Shown here piece by piece: positions 12,501 through 23,150 of a DNA stretch of 64,000 nucleotides. Source of the stretch: Balanoglossus misakiensis (Eukaryota > Animalia > Hemichordata); the NCBI GenBank assembly GCA_040954595.2, contig CM082578.2, positions 12,772,520 to 12,836,519 on the forward strand, given 5' to 3'. A program made the translations under genes and the position numbers. The notes under the pieces were generated by a model. It was not told the DNA's origin. It did no database searches and saw nothing but the letters and a program-made list of their open reading frames with translations. Position 1 is the stretch's first letter, and every line of letters begins with the position of its first letter.

Positions 12501-15500
12501 TTTCAAACCAAGTTTGCCCTTTTCAGAGACAGTTGCATGTTCAGGTTGGTGTATATTGAATCTTGTTGAGAGTTGTATAACCTGAAAGACTGAAGTTGAA
12601 CATTTCTTGATTGTGTGACTGATTTCGTTTCAGGTGTGGTTTCATAGATGTACAGTGGGCCATGCAGTTGGACTCTGATGACACGACAACGCTCAGTGAA
12701 ATTGGCCTCCAGGGATTTGATGTCACGTACACATCAAGCCACAGTGACACGGAACAGACTGCAACTTTACCCACAAGTTCTACTAGCTATGAGATCCCTA
12801 TCAAAGCTGAAAGGTAAGCTCCAATGTACGGACTAGTCTTGGGACTGGTGTAGGCCGGCCTGGTGTTATGACATTAGCACAATTAGAGAAGTTTCTATAT
12901 AAGGCACATTTCTGTGCACTGGAACTTGCATTAATTAATAATTAAAGAATAAAAGCAGAAATTCTTTCCTTTGCAGGAGTGTGTACAACATCAGTGTCCA
13001 GCCAGTCTACGACGATGACTTCTTCTATTCCGAGTCGCCGAGCGTTCAGTTCCAGTGTCCAGGATCACCAGAGCCACCACAGCTTTGTTGCACAGCATTA
13101 CAGAGTAACAGCATTACAATAGAATGGGGAGAGCCCAAACTATATGGTGGTGTAGATGTCAAAGGTTATCAGGTGAGTGTAAAGTCTCTGTCTGCTCAGT
13201 CTTACTAGTGTTTTCATTGTATGGTTGTGTTGTGAACTATTGTTATACAAATACATCTTGTTGTATACTGATTTCATATGCATATGTTACATTTCATCAC
13301 CAGGCCTTTATGAATGAAAAGAAGATTGGCAATGTATTGAACTCATCGCATCGTAAAGCAGTAATACCGTGTATGCCTCAGAAGTAAGTGTGTTAACTCT
13401 CCAAATTAGTGTTTTGCCAAAGTAGTATCTTTATATTACTAGTATCTAGCATAATGGTCTTATTTTTTCGACAGCCAACCATTAAATGCCTTCCATTCTC
13501 TGCAGCCAATCAACAAAGGCTTTGCATTCTCCTGAAAGAGCTTAATTCTCTGCAGCCAGTCAGTAAAGGCCTTACATTCTCTGATCTGTTCAGACCATTT
13601 CATTTGATAACTCTTTGTGTTATATTTTCACAGGCAGTACACCATCAGCATGATTGCACTGAGTGCTGACATTAACTTTGACCAGTCTTTGCCTTCGGAG
13701 GACTTGGTCGTGATCACACCGGCAGAGTATCAGGACAAAGACACGTCTAGATCTACATGTACTACCAGCAGCACATACAGCAATGATAATGTCAGTCTGA
13801 TTCAGGAGGTCAACGTCTTCATCTCTGAGGTCACTGAAAACATGATCAGTCTGAGCTGGGTCATTAACGGTGTCGATGGTAAGTTGCTGGACAATTCCTG
13901 TGCCACTGGCTCGATCTGTACACTTCGGGAAAATCCAGGAAAGCCCTTGAATTTGAAGCCACTCTTTTGAAATCCTTGAAAGACCTGGCAGAATGGAAAT
14001 CATGGGAAATTGATTTAGCCAAAATGCTGTGATAAAAAAATTAATCGTTAAGCTGTGTTTGGAGGGGGCACCTCTTGCAATACATTTCTACAACAATGGT
14101 GGATACTGGTTTTCCAACATTCCGTGTCTGAATTGTACTTGTCATTTTGATGAGAACTCTTCTGTTATTTCTTTCAGAATTAGACATCAGACACATCCAA
14201 GTTCAGTGGAGCAGTGTTGCCAATCCACAGGTATGTGCATTGATTCCCATCAGTTTGGTTTGATATAAACAATCCTCGTGGATGAAAATGGCTGTCGGTG
14301 GACCCACTTGTGAAGAACGTCAGCTGTCCCAAAGTTAGCATCTCTAACATTGTCTCATTCTTACTTTCACAGGTTTTGGACACCAAAGTAGCAGCTGAAG
14401 AGACAGAATTTACAATTTACAGATGTACATCTGGTACAAGGCATTTCATCAGAGTCTATGTCATGGGTTACAGAGACAAATTAATCTGTAAATCCAAACA
14501 GTTGACAGTACAGACCTCTGCTGTCATAGCAACACCAGTGCTGTCACTCAGGTAAGACAGGAAATGTAACTTTAAGTCATCTTTTTTTACTATAGTATAA
14601 CATAAGAACTACCTTTCTCCAAATTTCATTCGTTCGTTTGTTTATTCATTTGTTCATTCATTCATTTCTAAGGTCAACTCAAGTTTTATCTTTTTTTTTG
14701 TGTTCGCAGTTCCTGTACATTTACACATATCACAGTTGGCTGGCTAGAACCCAAGACCTACGGAGATACAGAACTCATAGCTTACAAACTGGTCATCAGT
14801 GGTTTGGATCCAGTAGAGCTTCCTCCACATATCACATCGTACACATTCACCAACGGAGAAATGTGCAAAGAATACAAATTTACAGTACAGGTGTGTGTTC
14901 CTGGTGCATTCATATGTAATTTACAGCGAATTGTAAGCTTGGAAATCTATCACAACCATTAAAGATCATACGGAAAATTCACTTGGTTAGTTTTCCTGAT
15001 AACAACTTTATGAAGCTCAGCGTTCCTCACATTAGTTGCAAGAATTACAAATCATGTCGGTGATCTATTGCAGGCTTTGTGTGACAAAGAGAATTTACAC
15101 AGTGAGGTTTCAGAACCTGTTCGTGTTGTCTGGCCTGGCATCTTAGCACCAACGTTGAGAAGGGTCCCAACGAATAAACGCAATACTCTCAAAGTGGCCT
15201 GGAATGACCTCTACACGACCGGGGACATTAAAATTGCAAGCTTCAAGGTCAGTTTGGAATTTGTTATTTGAGCGTATTTTTCAGAACCCTCTGTGTATCC
15301 TTTCAATGAAATGTTTTGATAATTTTCATATTCATCAAGCCTTTTTATGTGAATTTCAGGGCATTTGTGAAGGAGAATGTTACACCAGCCAAAGTGGCAG
15401 GATTCCCAAACAGAAAACCAACATGCAAGAAGTCGGTCCCCTCCATCCTGAAGCCAGAGTGATGGAGTTGACGAATCTGCTACCGAACGTGAACTACCAG

Positions 15501-18500
15501 ATCTGCCTTGAGATTTGCATTCATGGTTTGGAAACTCCCATTCGATCGGAGGTGTTAGTTGCGCAGATCGCCAGTGTCCCCGGCCCGCCCGATGTTAGAG
15601 TGACCGTCCATGGCGTGGACGCTAGAAGACGTCTGGATATCGAGACTTGTGAATTAATCAACAAAAGAGACAGGTACAGTTTCCTTTGGTGTGGTCAATC
15701 TTAGATTTGATGTATGCTGAGAAAATCCAGGAAAGTTGGAAATATTGATTTGAAAGTTTGAATTAATGGGCAAGTCTTTCACGTTGTCTCTACACATCTG
15801 GGTATCATGTGTAAACCCGAATGTATTCTCTTTGTCTCTCAGATTGCTGCAGCAACTTGATCTCTGCCAAAGCACTACTTTGCAGTCGTACACCAAGAAA
15901 CCCAGTGTACAGGTAAGTTTTGATCGGAGTAGTTGAAAAGTAGTCCCACACTGCTGGCCTGTTGTGTGTAGATAGCTACATGTACCTGATGTACTGTCAG
16001 AGCTCTCTCTCAAGTGCTAAAAGGGTAACAAATGTCTTTACTTGTATTGTATTTTTTCCTAATTGTCGTAATTCCACTTCTCATCAGATTGCTAGACTGA
16101 CTTCATCGCTTATTGATGTTGAAACCAAACTGTTACAGTGCATGGAAGATCTACAGCCTTACTCAGGTATGTGCATTATGTGATAGACCTCGAAGTTTTC
16201 TTAAGAAATTTAAACATTTGTCAACACCTCAGAATATTCCCAGGAGACTATGTTTATGCATATTTAATGTGCAATGCTTCTAAAGCATTACATGTAAACT
16301 TGTGTGACCGTGTTTTGCTCTTTTGACCGTCATAGGAACATTTGATGTTGATGTGGAGTGGAATCAAGTGGAGGATGACGGTGATGCGGTCGCCATGGGT
16401 TACCAGATACTTATCAATGGCAAACAACATGGAAGTCTGTTCAATTCATACGTACAGCAAACAAAACTGACGGTATGTGAAAGATACACTTCACTTTCCT
16501 GGGCTTTATAAGAATGATTTTCTTTTTTCTTCTACTTAATACTGATTGTCACACAAAATGATCACCATTGTGTGCTGTAAAATGGCACTGTGCTCAGCCA
16601 GTATTTCAATCATCATTCTCACTGTTTGCAGTTGAGTGCCTACGTTCCCGTCCATAAATTGAGCATAGTGACAGTAACCAACCATCCCGTGGGAAACAGT
16701 GAACCTTCAGAAGTGATACCCATCTACTCAGAGGCCTTCCTGCCATTTTCATCATTCTGCTTCCATTCTGTGCACACCAAGGACACCAGGTAAGCCGTGA
16801 ACTTGTTGGTGAGAATCTGCAGTAATGTATACTGTGGAAGTACACTGTTATTTTAACTCATCAAATGTTTAATATACTATATAGCTCTTGTAAATTGCAG
16901 ATGTAAAGTATTCTACCATACAGAATGAGTATGTTAATTGCCGTGCTGAGATACTAATTGGTTTATATATCACAATCTTGTAGGTACCCTAACGAAGGCT
17001 GCTGTCTCTACACCGACAGTCTGGCCAAAGAGATGGACCCAGACTGTAGGGGTTCTTACAGCATTGTGGCGGTCAATCAAGGGTTACTGAAGAGACGTGT
17101 GCCGCCGGCAGCTGTGACTGTGTTGGATGTCTTCGAAGGCGCCTGGCATCTGTTGATCCCATCAAGGATGAAGAAACCCACCATGATTCTCTTCTGGACC
17201 AAGTGGTGAGTCAGTCAATCATCATGTGATCATGTATGGCAAATCATAATGCAGCAAATTCAGTTGCCAGTTTACACTGACCAGAAGGGATGCAGTTTTA
17301 CAGCAGTTGTCCAATATTTGATTATTTAAATCAAAGCTATAGCGGCTTGTCAGATTGATGTACTCTATTGAGGTCAATTGTCTGGGACTGGCACACCATT
17401 ATATCTCAAAAGCCTATTCCAGAAATAAATGTACTTGATGTAATATATTTGATGTATTATTTTGTGTCAGGTGTCTAGCCTCCAAGATAGCAATGAAGTT
17501 CTTTGTACAGTATTCCAGAGAACGAGGCAAGAGGGTGAGTACAGTGTATGTGACATGTGAACAGTACTAGTAATTCAACTTTGTTCTCTGCCCAATAGAT
17601 GACTTTGTTTGATGTCTGTGAAAACCTAAACTATCGCAAAATTACAGTGTCCTGTTTTGGCGTGTTTAGTTTTGGAAGGGATCACTGAGAGCAATGCAGT
17701 GGGCCATGCAATGGCTGTGCAGTTGTCGTGGCTGTAGCTACCATCCTGGATCATAAAACACTGTACATGTCTGCTTCATCCATACATATATCTGTGTGTC
17801 CATATAATTCTTTTGCAGATCTCTTTCATCACTTGTTGCTGCGCTGGCTACGAGTCCATGTCATCCCATCGCCACTCCCTTGCCGAAATCATCGTAGAGA
17901 ATGGTTGGCGTGACGATAGAAGTGTTCGTCATTGCTGCTCGTGTCACTCCACGACGCCTGGTTTGAACACCGCCAAGAAAAGTACCAGTACTACCAGTCT
18001 GAGACGTAGGGCAAAGCTTGGTAAGATATCAAATCTAGATATTGAGCTTTTTCATATCAGTATTTTCTATCATTTGAGAATTTAACTGAGTTCATTGTTA
18101 ACTTTGCAAACTTGTTTCTACTTTGTTTCACAGTACATCAAGATAGCAGCAGTAGTGGTGACTCAACCAATGCGACTGGTGTAGCTGAGTTGTTTGCCAT
18201 TCAGGGAGTGCCCACAATTATCGTCATCAACCCTGAAGGTGAGTTAATGTTTTCCAATTTTCAGTATTTAAACATGGGCATCATTCTTAGACCCAGCAGA
18301 TGTAGTCGAGGGGACCAACAGATTGGGCTCTGTTCATCCATCCATCTGTCAGACTCTGTCCATCAGTCTATCGATTACTGATTTGATTTAACCCCCTTCA
18401 CTTCACTATGCAGGTTACATTGCGTGGCAGGGGAGATATGCTGCCTACGAGTACAGCTCCTTCCAGGCCTTTGCCGACCATGTCATGTGTGAAACCATGG

Positions 18501-20054
18501 CCGAACCCTGTCTGAGTGACTGTGAACTTTGCAGAGAGCAGGCTGGCTCTGAAATCCCGAAGCTGAAACCACTACCAGGTAAAAAGAAAGGTTACATTCA
18601 GTGTACACTCTGATTTCCTGTGTGTGCAAATACATGTACTGATATATCAACCATAATTACAATGATATTAAAACTACATTACACATACGTCCCTTCGGCA
18701 CAGTCTCTATAGCGTTGCTGCTGGTTAAAAATATAAGTAAAAAAAATGTTTGCTGATGAGTTGGAAAATGCTCAAACATAGCTATCAGATGTTTCATCAC
18801 ATTCATTTAAACCTGTTATTTTTCCTTTAATTTTAAGTGCGCCTGTAGTAGTGTGATTTGATTCTGCCTGTTTGTCTGTTTGTGTGCCTGTTTGTATGTC
18901 TGTCCTTGTTCTTATGTCTGAGTTACCACCTTTGTCGTGTTCATTCATTTCAATAATGCATTACCCATCTCATACATCAACAGCCATTTAACCTTCCAGT
19001 TGACTTTCAAGGTCAAGCTGAGCTCAGTGAGTGAGTTTGATCACCACACTTTCATGTTCACAACATCACCATCACAGTTGACGTAGGGCTTGTGCTCAAA
19101 ACAATTAACACTTGCACAAGTTGTGTGCTTGCAAAACGTAGCGTTCTCGTAGAAAAGGCTACCAACTACGTATTTGACTAACCCAATATAGTTCTTATGT
19201 AGGAGTAAGTTTTTGGATAGTTACAAGACATAGTGTCTGAGTACACTGAACCTAAATATGATAGCGTATTGTATTCTGAGAACATCGTGTACAGTTCTTT
19301 TTTATCATCCTTTGTATTTTTGCAACCACATGTAAATGAATTCATGAATTTAAAGCACAATATGTTCATACACCACACTAATCTTGTCACGCTTCTCTGT
19401 AAAGGATGCAGCAATCAATAAGACACCCATTGCGAATCTCACAGACACGCTACATGTATGTTTCCTGCATACTGGAATTGTGGTATTTGGTGCACAGCCA
19501 CAAGTACATATCTTAAAGACACTGTTCAGAGATCCATTTCTCAAATACACGTACTGCACTTCTGGTATGCAGTGACCACAGTGTGATCAGTAATGTGTGC
19601 AATAATTAAAGCACAAAAACTTTAATAGCTAGCATAACAATGATATTATTACCAGTGGTGTCATAATAATTACAGACACATCAGGAAAATAAACAGTGGC
19701 TGTCCCTTCAGATTTACATCATTTGAGCTATACATAGCAAATGCATATGATTCTAATGTCCACCGTTACTGCCACATTTTTGCAGGAAATCCCAAACACG
19801 TCAAAGTTTTAGTATCAGCTCCGTCAACATCGTCCTCTGAAGCGACGACGACCGGATTGGCCACTTGGCCCGACGACGAGGACAAGACCCAGGAAGTGGA
19901 GAGACCCCAGTCTGGAAAACAGGGCAGGCTGAGGCAACACAAACAACTGCCTGTGGCAAGTGCACGCCCATATTCGGCCATGTCGCCGCGGGCAACAACT
20001 GAATCGTTGACCAGGATCCAACTGGGCCGGCCCAAATCCTCTTACTCCGCATGA
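514..20054 (+). CDS. Giant multidomain protein, 5'-partial: degenerate cupredoxin-like + Fn3-associated/CHB_HEX_C-like + ~16 FN3-like repeats + acidic low-complexity insert + C-terminal thioredoxin-like (TlpA/AhpC-type) domain
   Basis: 44 GT-AG exons in one continuous frame (8553 nt, 2850 aa + TGA): 514-630, 879-1116, 1573-1733, 1897-2003, 2243-2351, 2527-2652, 2989-3141, 3360-3524, 3656-3752, 3981-4127, 4334-5556, 5810-5970, 6389-6666, 6932-7133, 7517-7640, 7799-7996, 8332-8551 (or -8617), 9184-9324, 9704-9805, 10162-10257, 10514-10699, 10835-11575, 11792-11988, 12159-12282, 12413-12479, 12634-12813, 12977-13172, 13304-13383, 13634-13878, 14178-14230, 14373-14551, 14710-14890, 15074-15247, 15360-15673, 15843-15912, 16088-16166, 16336-16472, 16632-16789, 16984-17205, 17471-17534, 17819-18020, 18134-18238, 18414-18578, 19786-20054. 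FN3 hallmarks recur (P.PP, xSW..P, GY.V.ING, L...T.Y.V.V.A). The start codon is not in the window. Confidence 0.88.
580..1116 (+). other. Cupredoxin/plastocyanin-like domain of gene 1 (exons 1-2)
   Basis: Spliced VHVTSRGFKPSTVNILRGQNLLWSW...HNIVH...FNSG...FIYTFDEPGSYYVTSQGSPGSVGTINI follows the plastocyanin pattern F.P....G..V.W...HN...F.S...F.YTF..PG.Y......G.I.V. The Cys/His/Met copper ligands of the C-terminal loop are absent. Confidence 0.65.
1573..2003 (+). other. Fn3-associated / chitobiase-C-terminal-like Ig domain of gene 1
   Basis: MPLIT...GG....TIKLQC....TIFYTLDGSNP.....VY...I.L......IRAMA: the IxYTLDGSxP signature of this Ig-like family. Confidence 0.75.
2363..2420. repeat. Imperfect (TTCA/TTCG)n microsatellite
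   Basis: Directly visible in gene 1 intron 5. Confidence 0.85.
17084..18578 (+). other. Thioredoxin-like (TlpA/AhpC-type) domain of gene 1
   Basis: Spliced KKPTMILFWTKW|CLASKIAMKFF...ISFITC...VAELFAIQGVPTIIVINPEG|YIAWQG. It has FW..WCxxS at the active-site position and the cis-Pro motif G-V-P-T-(IIVI)-NPEG typical of TlpA-like folds. Confidence 0.75.
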
Positions 20055-20353
20055 CGAGGTCTTGTTGTGAAAATTCAGGGATTCAATTATCACGAGCTCC
20101 TCTTGGTGCTCGGTCATTGAGAGGTCCCAGTTTCACCAAACACGTATCAAGGTTCAAGTACCCAGAAACTGAAAGCTCTGATTAGCCTTCAGACCTGAGT
20201 GAAATATGTACCTCTGCGTTAATATCTGGTACATAAAGTACCAAACTCTGATCGTCCGTCCCCTCCCCCAACATTATCACCAGATACACATTCTCATTTC
20301 AGTCACTCACTTATTACTTTCATATTCAAGAAAGATTTATGACTGGCTGTTCG

Positions 20354-20446
20354 TTAACCCTTTCACCACCATAGTTCAGTCCAAACCCATTGCTTTCTAT
20401 GGTAAGGTTGGATCTCTAAAGAGGGATCTGGGGGTGACAGGGTTAA
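20354..20446. mobile_element. piggyBac-like MITE (85 bp) in the gene 1 3'UTR
   Basis: TTAA|CCCTTTCACCACCA (20358) ... TGGGGGTGACAGGG (20442)|TTAA: TTAA target duplication, CCC/GGG termini, 12/14 inverted-repeat match. Confidence 0.7.
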
Positions 20447-22324
20447 ACTGCTGAGAATAGAGATTTACCCATGAAACAGTTGTTGAAATTTAAATGCTCT
20501 CAAAACTGGGATGTGTGACTCTTTTATACATTTATATTCTTTGACTAAGTATATGAATTATGAATATTAAGATTCAGTGTCATATTGCTGCTCAGGCACT
20601 TTCAGATTGTCTGAACTTTTGTATAATATTACATGAAGTCCTTTATACTTCCAAGAAGGCATTCTTTCACTCACACATGAGCTTTTTTGCATTACACTTG
20701 CATGAACTTCACAAAATTTATCCTTTGTGTAGTGCATCTTGGCTATAACTGTGCTGAAAGCAGTCAAATTGAAAAGCTCTTCATAACTTTCATTGATACA
20801 CACATCCAGGTGCAATATCCAGTAAACACACTGGTTGTAAAATTTGAGATGATGACATTCTCATCACCACCACCACCATCATCATCACCACCATCATCAC
20901 CATCCATTAATTACATCACTCGTATATCTTCCAGATTCTTTTATTCATTCAAACCAAAATCATGGATAACCCATATTACATTATGGCTAAAACAAGTTAC
21001 AAGTGAACATTACATTTTAAGTTACCACATCTTACACACTCCTGTAATGCATGTATAAACCAGATTATGCCTTTAAAAATCTTAGATTTCTCTTTTGTAG
21101 AAATTATTTCTATGCAAGTGGATGTTGTCAATGCATCAGTTACTTCCAAATTGATGAAAAAATCATCCCCAGATCCCAATAGACTGTGTGAGTGTATAAA
21201 TTTTCCTATATATTACATGACTGTGTATTTACTTATATATTTTGGGTTTACAAAGATATCACTTTACATAATTCATGTACCCATATCAAGTGATGAAAAT
21301 ATTTACTCGCGAGTGTTCATATTTTGTGCTGCTTTGTAAAATTAGAACTCTAAAATTGTGCAATAGAGTAAAAAAGCTTTAAAAGCATTCTTGCCTATAA
21401 TTTTGGTCGCTAACTGCAAGAGATGTGAACACAGAAAGTTCATGGAAAGCTTTAATGTGTGGTTGCCGTAATATTTTTGTTGCAGTACTAGTTTTGCTTC
21501 GGGATCACTTTCTCACCTTGACTTTTCTGAGTGTGCTGTGTTTTGAGTTATGAACCGCATGGAGGCTGTTGTGACCCTCAACTTGGAATAACTCCCAATG
21601 ATTACAACTCATTACTTTTAGTTATTTGCTGTGTATTATAAATCTAGGTGCTAGGGGGTCACATCATGTGGTACTGCAGTGCATCCTGGGTAAAAAGTCA
21701 ACCACTATTAGATTGGTACAGTATGTGATTGCTGAAGTTGCATTGAATGTGAATGTCAGGTCATTTGGATATATCCGAACTCTGCCAATGAAACGAGTTT
21801 GTGCTTGTTTTCATTGTTGATGTATGTGCAGTCAACAATTTCCATTTTGTCTCTGGTAAAACGTTTGTGGTACACATCCTGAGTCGAATCACCATGGCAT
21901 TGCTTGCTTGCTGAAATGGGCTTACGTTTTTTTTTTTATTATCATCAAAATTGGAATGCATCACATTTGCCTCAAATAATAAAGAGCCTAGACATCTTCT
22001 AAGTATCAACTTACAAAGTTGTTTGTTGCTGTAACTCCAAGAGTGACAGTTGGCGATTGATTAATGGGTAAGGGTCCCATATGCCGTCCTAAGTGACGGC
22101 TGTATAAAATTGTTCATATGTATATATTTACTCTAGATGGCGTACCATCAATGTGTGACATGCATTCTGGGTGAAAATATTCTTCAAAATGTACAAATGT
22201 ACATATACTTATATAATTTTAATTAATGTAATTACCTGACACAAACTGGATTTGACCCAAGACTGTGTACATTTCACAGCTGCTACAGATTTGAAGCATA
22301 TATTATATGCAGTTTTCACAACCT

Positions 22325-22330
22325 AATAAA
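22325..22330 (+). terminator. Candidate polyadenylation signal of gene 1 (3'UTR ~2.3 kb)
   Basis: AATAAA followed by T/GT-rich sequence, coinciding with the end of the CpG-poor domain. An alternative AATAAA lies at 21978. Confidence 0.5.
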
Positions 22331-22966
22331 ATCACATGTACTTTTCTCTGATATCTATTGTGTCCGTTAGTGAAACATGGAGAGTTTTTAACACCCATGT
22401 GGTATACTTTTACTATATACCACAGAAACTTATAAAACTGCGACTAACATATAGGGCATAGACATGATAAGGGTCCCAGAATATCATTCAGGAAACCTTA
22501 GCATGGGGGACCTTCTACATGTAGGTGGGGATTCAGTGGGTAGTCTCGCTTTCCAGACCTCATTCGCTTCGCCGATACTAAGTGCACCACTTACAGTAGG
22601 ACATGGTGCGGCGTCAGTGACAAGCGTAATTCACGACTTGGACTAGTCGCATCGGTCTGCCCCTTACCATGTCCTACTGCAAGCAGCACACTGCATTTCC
22701 CGAAGCATACAAGGTGTGCAAAGTCCTCAATGAAACCATTGCAATTGTTTATTACTCATTACGAAAAACCACTCATTCGTTCATTCATTTCAACTACAGA
22801 GGTGAAGGGATTGCAATCATAAACCTCGAGAAGTCGCTGTATTGTGTTTGGGGGAAAGTTTGGGCTGCTAAACTGTGGCTTTATAGAAGGTTCCCGATTG
22901 CATACCATTGGGTCCAGCCTCTTGTTTTGTCATTGGTGCAAATTAAACCACGTGATTCATTCACGC

Positions 22967-23150
22967 TCAAGTTCAAGTAACTTTATTCGACAAGAGCTAG
23001 AATAATAAGAGCGTACAAACTTTAAAAGATGAGACGAAGAGTGGAAAGACGAGGTACTTCATAAAAGTTATGATGAATATTAAAATACATCTAAACCCGT
23101 TACGCCTATAGGGATGATATACGTGTACGATTTACATGTACAACATTTTC
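22967..23150 (-). mobile_element. Probable LINE (CR1/L2-like) 3' end remnant
   Basis: The minus strand reads AATAAAGTTACTTGAACTTGA, a polyA signal plus a short (CTTGAA) tail typical of non-LTR 3' ends. No reverse-transcriptase ORF is visible and the inner boundary is approximate. Confidence 0.3.

Noticed and set aside
17190-20200. Selenoprotein possibility for the thioredoxin-like domain
   Set aside because: There is no in-frame TGA at the active site (TGT Cys, TCC Ser), and I recognised no SECIS-like spacing near the stop.
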